A DNA stretch of 32,000 nucleotides from Phycisphaera mikurensis NBRC 102666 (GTDB taxonomy: Bacteria > Planctomycetota > Phycisphaerae > Phycisphaerales > Phycisphaeraceae). The notes below the pieces were generated by a model. That model was not told where the DNA came from. It saw only the letters and a list, made by a program, of their open reading frames with translations, and made no database searches. This document shows positions 8,258-20,334 of this stretch, one piece after another (position 1 is the stretch's first letter; every line of letters starts with the position of its first letter). The translations under genes and the position numbers were made by a program. Location: NCBI RefSeq assembly GCF_000284115.1, contig NC_017081.1, positions 30,001-62,000 of the forward strand. The letters are read 5' to 3'.

Positions 8258-9790
8258 ATGCCCGAGATCACCCGACGCACCGCACTCCGCTCCGCCACCC
8301 TCGGCGGCACCGCCGCCGCCCTGGCGGCCGCGCCGTCGATCGCCCGCGCCGCCACCACGCACACCGGAACCAACGGCACATCCGACGGCTTCGCCACCTC
8401 CCCCTCGGGCCAGAACCTCCCGAAGGACAACCCCTATGCCGACCTGCTCCGCGACACCACCGGCGCCGACTGGCGTGCCAAGATGGGCGGCGGCTCCTCC
8501 CTGGCCAAGGCCTACGAGGACTGGGAACGCATTGATCCCGACAAGCCGCTGCCCCCGGGCCGACCCGGCGTGGACTACACGCCGGTCATCACCCCCAACA
8601 ACGGCTCGTTGCCCTTCGAGATCCGCGACGGCGTGAAGGTCTTCCACCTCATCGCCGAAGAGGTGCAGCACCGCTTCGCCGAGGGCTTGGAGGCCTACAC
8701 CTGGGGCTACAACGGCGTCACGCAGGGCCCGACCATCGAGGCCGTCGAGGGCGAGCGGGTCTGCATCTACGTCACCAACAGGCTGCCGGCGCCGACCACG
8801 GTGCACTGGCACGGCTTCATCCTGCCGCACGGGATGGACGGAGTGAGTGGGCTCGAGCAGGCCCCGATCCTGCCCGGCGAGACCTTCAAGTACGAGTGGA
8901 CGATCCGCCAGAACGGCACGTTCATGTACCACAGCCATCACGACACCATGACCCAGGAGGGCATGGGCCTCACCGGCATGTTCATCGTGCACCCCCGGAG
9001 GGAGCTGTACCCCGCGAGCGGCCCCGGGGCGCTGGGGCCGGAGGTCGACCGCGAGTTCGCGATCATGCTCCAAACGTGGTTCATGGCGCCGGGCACCCAC
9101 CGGCCCGACCCGTTCTCGATGATGTTCAACCTCTTCACGATGAACGCCCATGTGATGCCCGACACCGAGCCCTTGGTGGCCCGGCTGGGCCAGCGGGTGC
9201 GGATCCGCTTCGGGAACCTCTCCGCCGTGCACCACCACCCGATCCACCTGCACGGCTACGAGTTCGCCGTGACCGCCGAGGACGGCCGCCGGATCCCCCC
9301 CGAGGACCAAGATATCCAAGCGACGATCTTCGTGCCCGTCGGGCGGACCAAGGACATCGAGCTCGTCGGCATCTACGAAGGCGACTGGGTCTTCCACTGC
9401 CACATGACCCACCACATCATGACGCAGATGATGCCCTTCACGAACACGGTGGGGATGGCGACCGCCGGGCGTGACGGACAAGCGGGTTTGGACGAGAAGT
9501 ACAAGGAGCTGCTCCCCGACTTCATGACCATGGGCAACGCCGGCATGAACGACCGCACCGGCCGGCCCATGCACCCGATCCCCGAAAACAGCCGCCCGAT
9601 GTACAAGGGCATGGGCCCCTTCGGAAAGCTCAGCGTCGCCGGCATGGCGAACCTGCTGAAGATCCGGCGGGACGTAAGCGACACGATGCTTGCCAACAAC
9701 ACCGACCCGGGCATGTATCGCGGCCCGCGGGCGACGCAGGCGCTGCCGGTGTCGCCCGCGGAGATGCGGGCGGCGGGGCTGGCCGTCTGA
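8258..9790 (+). CDS. Multicopper oxidase, Tat-like signal
   Basis: Copper ligand motifs TTVHWHGFILPHGMDG, TFMYHSHHDTMTQEGM, HHHPIHLHGYEF and WVFHCHMTHHIMTQMM; N-terminal TRRTALRSATLGGTAAALAAAPSIARA. Confidence 0.93.
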   Translation: MPEITRRTALRSATLGGTAAALAAAPSIARAATTHTGTNGTSDGFATSPSGQNLPKDNPYADLLRDTTGADWRAKMGGGSSLAKAYEDWERIDPDKPLPPGRPGVDYTPVITPNNGSLPFEIRDGVKVFHLIAEEVQHRFAEGLEAYTWGYNGVTQGPTIEAVEGERVCIYVTNRLPAPTTVHWHGFILPHGMDGVSGLEQAPILPGETFKYEWTIRQNGTFMYHSHHDTMTQEGMGLTGMFIVHPRRELYPASGPGALGPEVDREFAIMLQTWFMAPGTHRPDPFSMMFNLFTMNAHVMPDTEPLVARLGQRVRIRFGNLSAVHHHPIHLHGYEFAVTAEDGRRIPPEDQDIQATIFVPVGRTKDIELVGIYEGDWVFHCHMTHHIMTQMMPFTNTVGMATAGRDGQAGLDEKYKELLPDFMTMGNAGMNDRTGRPMHPIPENSRPMYKGMGPFGKLSVAGMANLLKIRRDVSDTMLANNTDPGMYRGPRATQALPVSPAEMRAAGLAV

Positions 9791-9793
9791 TCG

Positions 9794-9884
9794 GCGGCCA
9801 AAGCACACTTCGTGTGCCGGGTCTTCAATTTCAACAAACTCCCCTTGGCACGAGCACTCGGCACACGGAGTGTGCTTTGGCCGC
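9794..9884. repeat. Nested inverted repeat: 26-bp arms (25/26 match), each arm itself palindromic
   Basis: Left arm 9794-9819 GCGGCCAAAGCACACTTCGTGTGCCG; right arm 9859-9884 CGGCACACGGAGTGTGCTTTGGCCGC; 39-nt loop. Each arm contains GCACAC-N3-GTGTGC. Confidence 0.85.
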
Positions 9885-9903
9885 TGCGCAGCAGAGACAT
9901 GCC

Positions 9904-12237
<2,334 letters not shown>

Positions 12238-12314
12238 GGGGGTCCGGCCCGTGGATGACGCTGCGGATCTCCGATGCCGAACCAGCCTCCCGATCTGACG
12301 TAGAATCCCCCGTC

Positions 12315-12707
12315 GTGTCCCTGTTCCGCCGCCTGCCCACGCTGCTTGTCACGCTCTCGCTCCTCCTGGGGGCGGTGGTGCCGGCGGGCGGCGTGGCGGT
12401 GCTCTGCTTCGGCAAGGACCACATCGCCGTGGAGGCGATGCAGGAAGAGCACTGCGGCGATGGCCACGGTGAAGCGGGATCATCGCTCGCGAACGCGGAC
12501 CCGGACTGCAACGACCTGACGCCCTCAGCGGTGCCGCTGGACAGAGCCGGCGACGGAGCATCTGTTCCTTCGCTCCTGCCGCTCGCGTCTGCGTGGATCC
12601 CGATGAATCTCGGGGTGGACGCTCCCGCGGGCGTGGCGTGGGCCCCGCTCGCGCCGCGACCGCCGCCGCACCTGGTGTCGATCGACACGCTCGTCCTGCG
12701 TCTCTGA
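12315..12707 (+). CDS. Small exported hypothetical protein at head of the czc-like cluster
   Basis: GTG start gives (M)SLFRRLPTLLVTLSLLLGAVVPAGGVAVLCFGKDHIAVEAMQEEHCGDGHGE. Position precedes the RND gene set. Confidence 0.55.
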   Translation: MSLFRRLPTLLVTLSLLLGAVVPAGGVAVLCFGKDHIAVEAMQEEHCGDGHGEAGSSLANADPDCNDLTPSAVPLDRAGDGASVPSLLPLASAWIPMNLGVDAPAGVAWAPLAPRPPPHLVSIDTLVLRL

Positions 12708-12732
12708 AACGAGGAAGCCGTTCCGGCCCGTC

Positions 12733-12753
12733 CCCTCCCCTTCCCGGGGAGGG
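12733..12753. promoter_or_regulatory. GC-rich hairpin upstream of TolC-family gene
   Basis: CCCTCCCC-TTCCC-GGGGAGGG, 8-bp perfect stem with 5-nt loop, no T-tract. Confidence 0.4.
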
Positions 12754-12815
12754 CGGGTCGCTGTTCGTTGCCGCGCGCTTTGCGTGGTGTGCTTTCCCGC
12801 TTCTGACGCTTGACG

Positions 12816-14186
12816 ATGAAACTCCTTCTCCTCCCCGGCGCCGCCGCTGCGGCGTTGCTGCTGGCCGGCTGCGCCGGCTCTCCACCCGACCTGAACCCCG
12901 GCCGCATGGCGGCCGACGCCGCGGGCCTGGTCGCCACGGTAGACCTCCGCCCCGAGGCCGACCCGCTTGATGTTCCCGCGCCCGCCGATGTTGCCGGCGG
13001 CCTGGCAGCCACGGATGCCGCGGAGGCGGCCGTCCGCAACAGCCCCCGCGTGCAGGCCGCGCTCGCCGAGGTGCAGCGGGCGCTCGCCGACGCGCGGCAA
13101 GCCCGGCTGATCGCCAACCCGGTGCTCAGCCTGAACCTCCGCTTCGCCGCCGGCGACGCGGACGACGTCATCGAGGCCGGGCTCGCCCAGCCGCTGGTGG
13201 AGTTGCTCAGCCGGCCGGTGCGTGCCTCCGCCGCCGACGCGCGGCTGCGCGCGGCGGCGGCCGGAGCCGTCGTTGCGGCGATCGACGCCTTGGCCGAGGG
13301 GAGCCGCGCACACGCGGAGGCTCTCGCGGCCGAGCGACGCTTAGGCGTGCTGGAGGAGCAGGCCGCGTTGCTGGAACGCTTGCTCGGCCTGGCCCGGGCC
13401 CGGCTGGACGCCGGCGAGGCCTCGCCGCTGGAGGTGGCGGGCTTCGAAGCCCGCGAGGCCTCGCTCCGGGCAGAGGTGACGGCGCAGCGGTACGAGCGGG
13501 ACGCGGCGCAGCTCACGCTCGCCCGGCTGCTGGGACGGCCATCGGCGTCGCCGAACCTCACGCTCACGCCCTCAGACCCCGCTGACGCCCCCGGCGACGA
13601 GGCCGCTTGGCTGCGACGCGCCGCGGAAGCGCGGCCGGAGCTGGCCGCGGCCGTGCAGGAGCTGCTCGCCCTCGGCGACGACGTCCGCCTCGCGGGCTGG
13701 TCGGTGTTCGACGGCCTGGAGGCCGGCGTCGCGACCGAGACCGAGGGCGCCACCTCGATCGGCCCCGCCATCGGCGGGCCCATCCCGCTGTTCGACTTCG
13801 GGAAGCAGCGTCGGGCTGCTGCGCGGGCCGAAGTCCTCGCCGCGCGGCACCGCCTGCTTGGACTCCAGCGCACCGTGGTGGAGGAGGTCCGGCGGGCTCA
13901 CGCCGCATCGCTCAACGCGGCCGAGGTGGTCGCCGCCACCGAGGGCCGTGTCCTCCCGCTGGCCCGCGAGCGGGTCGAGCAGACCCGCGCCTCCTTCGAC
14001 GCCGGCTTCGCCGACGTCACCGACGTCCTCTCCGCCGAGTCGGACCTGCTCGACGCCGAGTCGCGCCTCGTCGACGCACGCCTCCGCGGGCGGCTGGCCG
14101 CCGCGGACCTGCGGCGGGCCGCCGGGGCGGCGCTCCCCGATCCCACCACCGAACCGACCCTCTCCACCACGGACAACCCCCGATGA
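12816..14186 (+). CDS. czcC: TolC-family outer membrane efflux component (CzcC-like)
   Basis: Lipobox [19 protein letters not shown]; '[39 protein letters not shown]...' and '[15 protein letters not shown]'. ATGA overlap with the adaptor gene. Confidence 0.75.
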
Positions 14187-15580
14187 ACCCACGCATCCTC
14201 CCCCTCCTGCTGGCCGGCCTCACCGCCGCCTCCACCGCCGTGATCGGCTGCGAGCCGACCTCCGCCGCGGCGCCTGAAGACGACCACGCGGGGCATGACC
14301 ACGCCGAGCCGACCGCTGCGGGGCCCGACGACCACGGCGCCGAGGACGGTCACGATCACGGCGCAGCGCCCGAAGCCGCCGGGAGCGGCCACGCCGAAGA
14401 CGACGGCCACGGACACGGCTCCGGCGGAGAGGGCGAAGCCGAGGGCGCCCACGCCGACGAAGTCCGCCTGACCGAGGAGGCCGTCGCCGCCTACGGCATC
14501 CGCACCGCCCCGGTCGAGCGACGCCCGCTGGAGGGCGTCGTCTCGGCACCCGCCCGCGTCGGCTTCAACGAGGAGGCGATGGCCCACGTGGCGGCGCTTC
14601 TGCCCGGCCGCGTCGACACGCTGCACGCGAAGCTTGGCCAACAGGTGGCTGCCGGGGACGTGCTGATCGAGGTGCGCAGCCCCGAGCTCGGCCGGCTGCA
14701 GGCCGACTACTTCTCCGCCCGCTCCGCGGTGGAGGCCGCTCGCCCCGCGGTGGAGATCGCCCGCGACAACGCCGAGCGTGCCCGGACGCTCCTGGAGAAC
14801 GCCGGCGGCATCACCCAGACCGCGGTGCAGGAGCGCGAGGCGACGCTCGCCCAAGCCCAGCGCGAACTGACCGCGGCCGAGGCGGAGGTGTCCGCGGCCG
14901 AGAACACGCTGCGGCTCAACGGCGTGAGCGAGGACACGATCGCGGAGATCGCAAACACGCAGAAGGTCTCGCCGGTCTTTCAGGTCCTCGCCCCCATCGC
15001 CGGCGAGGTGGTGGAGCGCGAGGTCACCCCCGGCGAGCTGGTCGGCCCCGGCATGGGCGGCGGCGACGGGCCGCTGCTGGTGCTCGCCGACCTCTCCACG
15101 GTCTGGGTGGGCGTGGACGTGGCCGAAGCGCGGCTGGGCCGCATCGGCGTGGGCTCCGTAGCCTCGCTGACGGTGCCCGCGCTCGACGGCCGCCGCGTCG
15201 AGGGGGAGGTGACCTACGTGGACCCGCGCGTCGACGCCGGCTCCCGCACCGCCCGCCTGCGGGTGGAGGTGGACAACCCCGACGGCGTGCTCCGCCCCGG
15301 GATGTTCGCGCGGGCCGAGGTCGGCCCGAAGGAACCCGGCCGCGGCGTGCCTGCGCTGCCGGTCGACGCGGTGATGACCGTCGAGGGCGAGGACAGCGTC
15401 TTCGTGCCGGTCGAGGGCGAGAAGAACACCTTCGCCCGCCGCGCCGTTGCGGTCGGCCCGCGCGTCGGCGGTTTCGTGCCCCTGGTCCGCGGCCTGGAGG
15501 AGGGCGACGAGGTCGTCATTTCCGGCGGCTTCATCCTGAAAGCCGACCTCGGGAAGGCGGGTGCCGAGCATGCCCATTGA
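14183..15580 (+). CDS. czcB: RND efflux periplasmic adaptor (CzcB/CusB-like), His-rich N-terminus
   Basis: '[26 protein letters not shown]', then '[51 protein letters not shown]' and '[27 protein letters not shown]'. Confidence 0.85.
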
Positions 15581-15593
15581 GCCCGCACCCAAC

Positions 15594-15704
15594 CCGCGGA
15601 CCGCGGCCGGAATCACGCGAAAACCGCCACGGTCCGCGGATCCAACTGCAAACGGAGGCTTCCAACGCGCGAGCGTTGTGGCCGCTGTTCAACGGGCACA
15701 ACGC
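15594..15704. repeat. Two short inverted repeats in the long czcB-czcA gap
   Basis: CCGCGGACCG (15594-15603) / CGGTCCGCGG (15630-15639); GCGTTGTG (15673-15680) / CACAACGC (15697-15704). Confidence 0.5.
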
Positions 15705-15808
15705 CAGCGCTACCCGCACTCCCGCCGCTGAAGAACCTGCCTCCGCCGCAGGCGGACTTGCCCCGCTGCGTCTTCCCCCTCCCCCAACTCAAACAACACC
15801 GGTCCCCT

Positions 15809-18800
15809 GTGCTTGAACGCATCCTCCGATTCTCGATCGACCAGCGCTGGCTGGTCGTCCTCCTCACCGCCGCGGCGGCGCTCCTGGGCGTGTACTCGCT
15901 CACGCAGCTGCCCATCGACGCCGTCCCGGACATCACCAACAACCAGGTCCAGATCAACACCGAGTACGAGGCCCTGGGCCCCGAGCAGGTGGAGAAGCAG
16001 ATCACCTTCCCGGTCGAGACGGCGCTGGCCGGCATCGAAGGCCTCGATTACACGCGCTCGATCAGCCGCAACGGCTTCAGCCAGGTGACCGCGGTCTTCA
16101 CCGACGCCACCGACGTGTACTTCGCCCGCTCCCAGGTGCTCGAGCGCCTGGTTGGCCTGGGCGAGACGCTGCCGCCGGGGGCCGAGCCCTCGATGGGCGC
16201 AATCAGCACCGGGCTCGGCGAGGTCTTCATGTACGCGGTCGAGTTCACGAACCCCGGCGGGGTGGGCGCCGAAATCGTGGAAGATGGCCCCGGGTGGCGC
16301 TCCGACGGCACCTACGTCACTCCCGAAGATGAGGTGCTGCGAACGCCGGTCGAGAAGGCCGCCTACCTCCGCACCCTGCAGGAGTACACGATCTCCCCGC
16401 AGCTGCGGCAGGTGGCCAACGTCGCCGGCGTCGACGCGATCGGCGGCTACGAGAAGCAGTACGGCGTCGAGCCCGACCCGATGAAGCTGATGGCCCACGG
16501 GCTGTCCTTCGCGGACCTGCTCGACGCGCTCGAGGCCGGCAACGTCGCGCAGGGCGCGAAGTACATCGAGACCGCCGGCGAGGCGCTGCAGGTCCGCGCC
16601 AGCGGCCTGCTCACCGGCGTGGAGGACATCGCCGGCATCGTCATTGGTCAGCACGACGGCGTGCCCGTCCGCGTCCGCGACGTCGCCGCGGTCGGCGTCA
16701 GCCGTGAGGTCCGCTACGGCTCGGCCAGCCTCAACGGCGAGGAGGCGGTGATCGGCACCGCGCTCATGCTCATCGGCGGCAACAGCCGGCAGGTCGCCGC
16801 CGACGTGGGGGCGAAGCTCGGGGAGATCGGGCAGACGCTGCCGCCGGGCATCTCCATCCGCACCGTGCTCGACCGCACCGGCCTGGTCGACAAGACGATC
16901 GCCACCGTCGAGCACAACCTGTTCTTCGGCGCGATCCTGGTGATCGTCGTGCTCTTCGTGCTGCTGGGCAACCTCCGCGCGGCGCTGATCACCGCGCTGG
17001 CGATCCCGCTGTCGATGCTGCTCACCGCCACCGGCATGGTGCAGGCGGGCATCAGCGCCAACCTCCTGTCGCTGGGCGCGATCGACTTCGGGATCATCAT
17101 CGACGGCAGCGTCATCATCGTCGAGAACTGCGTCCGCCGGCTCGCCGAGCGGCAGCACGAACTCGGCCGGAAGCTCACGCTTCAGGAGCGGCTGGAGACG
17201 ACCTTCCTTGCGGCGAAGCAGGTGCGGACGGCCACCGCCTTCGGCGAGGCGATCATCATCACGGTCTACCTGCCGGTGCTCTTCTTGACCGGCGTGGAGG
17301 GCAAGATGTTCACGCCGATGGCGGCGACGGTGATCTTCGCGCTCGTGGGGGCCTTCGTCCTCTCGCTGACCTTCGTGCCCGCGGCGGTGGCGATCGTCAT
17401 GCGGGGCAAGGTCTCCGAGAAGGACGTCTTCGTGCTCCGCTGGGCGCGGGCCGCCTACGAGCCGGTGGTGCGGGCCGCGGTGCGGGCCCGGGTCGCCGTG
17501 GTGGCGGCCGCGGTGCTCGCCTTCGTCGGTTCGCTGCTGCTGTTCACGCAACTCGGCCAGGAGTTCGTGCCGCAGCTGGACGAGGGCGACGTCGCCATGC
17601 ACGCGATGCGGATCCCTGCCACGGCGCTCTCCAGCTCGCAGGAGAACCAGGGGATGCTCGAGAAGAAGATCGCCGCGGTGCCCGAGGTCGCCTACGTCTT
17701 CAGCAAGACCGGCACGGCCGAGCTGGCGGCGGACCCGATGGCGCCCAGCGTCAGCGACAACTTCCTGATCCTGGCGGACGAGGAGGACTGGCGGCCGGTG
17801 CCCGAGCTGCTCGCCGAGGCGAAACGCTTCGAGGCGATGCTCCCGGAGGACCCGCACGCGGGCGAGGACGAGCACGGCCACGGCGGCCACGGGGAGGAAC
17901 ACGGCCACGGAGAGGAACAAGCTGGCAACTTCTCCGAGCACAAGAACGCCCTGATGCGGCTGCTGCGCGCGGTGGTCGCCACCGTGCCCGGCAACAACTA
18001 CGAGTTCACGCAGCCCATCGAGATGCGCTTCAACGAGTTGATCTCCGGCGTGCGGAGCGACCTGGCGATCAAGGTCTTCGGCGACGACTTCGAGGTGATG
18101 CTCCCGGCCGCCAACGCGATCGCCGCGGTGGTCGCTCAGGTGCCCGGCGCCTCGGACGTGAAGGTCGAGCAGACCGAGGGCCTTCCGGTGCTGGACGTCT
18201 CGATCGACCGCCAGGCAATTTCGCGGCTGGGCCTCACGCTCAAGGAGGTGCAGGACCTGGTCGCCGCCGCTGTGGGCGGGAAAGAGGCGGGCCTGATCTT
18301 CCAGGGCGACCGCCGCTTCGACCTGATCGTCCGCCTGCCCGAGCGGCTCCGCGCCGACGTGCAGGCGCTCCGCGACCTGCCGGTCCCGCTGCCCCCCCGG
18401 GAAGCGAGCGGCGGAGCGATGGCCCGCAACGCGGACTTTCGATTTGCCCCGGCTCCCTTCGTCCCCCTCGGCGACATCGCCGACCTTTTCGTGACCGAGG
18501 GCCTCAACCAGGTCAGCCGCGAGAACGGCAAGCGTCGCATCGTCGTGCAGGCTAACGTCCGCGGCCGCGACATCGGCGGCTTCGTCGACGAGGTGCGGGC
18601 CCGCATTGCGGAGACCGCACCGCCCCCACCGGGCACGTACCTCACCTACGGCGGCCAGTTCGAGAACCTCGAGCGGGCCCGGCAGCGGCTGCTGATCGTC
18701 GTCCCGGTCTGCTTCCTCCTGATCTTCGGCCTGCTCTACGCGACCTTCGGGAACGCGAAGGACGCGGTGATGGTCTTCGTGTGCGTGCCGCTGGCGCTCA

Positions 18801-19198
18801 CCGGCGGCATCCTCGCGCTCTGGCTCCGCGGCATGCCCTTTTCGATCTCCGCCGCCGTGGGCTTCATCGCCCTCTCGGGCGTGGCCGTGCTCAACGGCTT
18901 GGTGATGGTCACCTTCATCAACGAGCGGCTCCAGGAGGGCGACCCGCTGGAGGAGGCGATCATCGGCGGCAGCCTCGTCCGGCTGCGGCCCGTGCTGATG
19001 ACCGCGCTGGTCGCGGCGCTGGGCTTCGTCCCCATGGCAATCGCGACCGGAGCGGGGGCCGAGGTGCAGAAGCCCCTGGCCACCGTCGTCATCGGCGGCA
19101 TCGCCAGCGCCACGCTGCTCACGCTGGTGGTGCTTCCGGCCGTGTACCGGCTGTGGCACCGGCCCGGCCGCAAGCACGAGCTGGAGCCGGCGGTGTGA
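15809..19198 (+). CDS. czcA: Heavy-metal RND transporter, CzcA-like (HME-type)
   Basis: GTG start: (M)LERILRFSIDQRWLVVLLTAAAALLGVYSLTQLPIDAVPDITNNQVQINTEY...; 'LSLGAIDFGIIIDGSVIIVENCVRRLAERQ' carries the DFG-x3-D-x5-EN signature associated with divalent-cation CzcA types. Confidence 0.9.
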   Translation: MLERILRFSIDQRWLVVLLTAAAALLGVYSLTQLPIDAVPDITNNQVQINTEYEALGPEQVEKQITFPVETALAGIEGLDYTRSISRNGFSQVTAVFTDATDVYFARSQVLERLVGLGETLPPGAEPSMGAISTGLGEVFMYAVEFTNPGGVGAEIVEDGPGWRSDGTYVTPEDEVLRTPVEKAAYLRTLQEYTISPQLRQVANVAGVDAIGGYEKQYGVEPDPMKLMAHGLSFADLLDALEAGNVAQGAKYIETAGEALQVRASGLLTGVEDIAGIVIGQHDGVPVRVRDVAAVGVSREVRYGSASLNGEEAVIGTALMLIGGNSRQVAADVGAKLGEIGQTLPPGISIRTVLDRTGLVDKTIATVEHNLFFGAILVIVVLFVLLGNLRAALITALAIPLSMLLTATGMVQAGISANLLSLGAIDFGIIIDGSVIIVENCVRRLAERQHELGRKLTLQERLETTFLAAKQVRTATAFGEAIIITVYLPVLFLTGVEGKMFTPMAATVIFALVGAFVLSLTFVPAAVAIVMRGKVSEKDVFVLRWARAAYEPVVRAAVRARVAVVAAAVLAFVGSLLLFTQLGQEFVPQLDEGDVAMHAMRIPATALSSSQENQGMLEKKIAAVPEVAYVFSKTGTAELAADPMAPSVSDNFLILADEEDWRPVPELLAEAKRFEAMLPEDPHAGEDEHGHGGHGEEHGHGEEQAGNFSEHKNALMRLLRAVVATVPGNNYEFTQPIEMRFNELISGVRSDLAIKVFGDDFEVMLPAANAIAAVVAQVPGASDVKVEQTEGLPVLDVSIDRQAISRLGLTLKEVQDLVAAAVGGKEAGLIFQGDRRFDLIVRLPERLRADVQALRDLPVPLPPREASGGAMARNADFRFAPAPFVPLGDIADLFVTEGLNQVSRENGKRRIVVQANVRGRDIGGFVDEVRARIAETAPPPPGTYLTYGGQFENLERARQRLLIVVPVCFLLIFGLLYATFGNAKDAVMVFVCVPLALTGGILALWLRGMPFSISAAVGFIALSGVAVLNGLVMVTFINERLQEGDPLEEAIIGGSLVRLRPVLMTALVAALGFVPMAIATGAGAEVQKPLATVVIGGIASATLLTLVVLPAVYRLWHRPGRKHELEPAV

Positions 19199-19280
19199 CG
19201 CCGCACCCCTGCCGCGCACGCGGCTGCCTGAGTGCGTCTCAACGCGCTCGTTGATCTTGAACCCACATGAAAGGAACCTG

Positions 19281-19511
19281 ATGAAGCTTTTTCTCACCAC
19301 CGCCCTGACGCTCGGCCTCTTCGCCCTCACCGGCTGCGGCGAGACCCCCGCCACCGCCCCGGACCCGCTCGCGGGCGAGGCGCCGGCCATCGACCTCCAC
19401 GCGGAGGGCGACGGGCACGGCCACGGCAGCGATGAACACGACCACGAGGGCGACGCTCACGGCCACGGCGAGGAGGCTGCGGGCGACGACCACTCCGACC
19501 ACGAGCACTGA
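19281..19511 (+). CDS. Small His-rich lipoprotein, putative metal-binding
   Basis: SD-like AAAGGA upstream; MKLFLTTALTLGLFALTGCGETPATAP...HAEGDGHGHGSDEHDHEGDAHGHGEEAAGDDHSDHEH. Confidence 0.7.
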   Translation: MKLFLTTALTLGLFALTGCGETPATAPDPLAGEAPAIDLHAEGDGHGHGSDEHDHEGDAHGHGEEAAGDDHSDHEH

Positions 19512-19635
19512 TCCGTGCCGCGCGTCCCGCCGCCCACGCGCCGCCCCGGGTGGGCGTCCGCGGCGGTCACCACCGGATTCGACCGCCGGGAGCGCCCGGC
19601 GGGTCCGGCTTCCACGCCTCGAACGAGACCCCACG

Positions 19636-20334
19636 ATGCCTGACGACCCAACCGATGCCCCCGACCCCGATCGGCAGAAGCTGCTGCGCCGCGGACGCTG
19701 GACCGAGGTGGCGAGCCTCGTCTACAACCTCACCGAGGTCGTGGTCTCCGTGACCGCTGGCCTGCTCGCCGGCAGCTCCGCGCTCATCAGCTGGGGCCTG
19801 GACAGCGCCGTCGAGTCGGTCTCGGCGGGCACACTGATTTGGCGGCTCACCGGCGAGATCGATGGGATCGGCCCGCGCCGGGTCGCCCACCGCAAGAAGG
19901 TGGCCCTCACCGTGCTGGCGGTCGCCTTCGCGGTCGCGGTCGCGTTCATCCTCTACGAGGCCGCCTCGAAGCTGATCTCGCAGGAGCCGCCGGGCTTCTC
20001 GGGCTGGGGCATCGGCATCCTCGTGCTCTCGCTGGTCGTCAACCCCTTCCTGGCGTGGGGCAAGCACCACTACGGGAAGAAGCTCGACGCCAAGGCGCTC
20101 CGCTACGACGCCATCGACACGCTGATCTGCCAGTACCAGACGATCGTCGCGTTGACGGGCCTGGGCCTCTCGCTGGGGCTGGGCTGGTGGTGGGCCGACC
20201 CGGTGGCCGCGCTGCTCATCGTCCCCTACGTCGCGTGGGAGGGCTTCGAGGCCGCCCGTGACGCCCTGAAGGTTGACCCCGAGCAGGAGGCCAACGACCA
20301 CCCGAACCCGCAGGAAAGCAACCAAGGCTCATGA
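19636..20334 (+). CDS. Cation diffusion facilitator-like membrane transporter
   Basis: 'LVYNLTEVVVSVTAGLLAGSSALISWGLDSAVESVSAGTLIW' resembles CDF TM1-TM2. ATGA overlap with the next ATPase gene. Confidence 0.7.
   Translation: MPDDPTDAPDPDRQKLLRRGRWTEVASLVYNLTEVVVSVTAGLLAGSSALISWGLDSAVESVSAGTLIWRLTGEIDGIGPRRVAHRKKVALTVLAVAFAVAVAFILYEAASKLISQEPPGFSGWGIGILVLSLVVNPFLAWGKHHYGKKLDAKALRYDAIDTLICQYQTIVALTGLGLSLGLGWWWADPVAALLIVPYVAWEGFEAARDALKVDPEQEANDHPNPQESNQGS

Noticed and set aside
15710-19390. 1226-aa minus-strand ORF
   Set aside because: Mirror of czcA; no recognised motif, low-complexity His/Arg/Gly/Asp content typical of an antisense frame in high-GC DNA.
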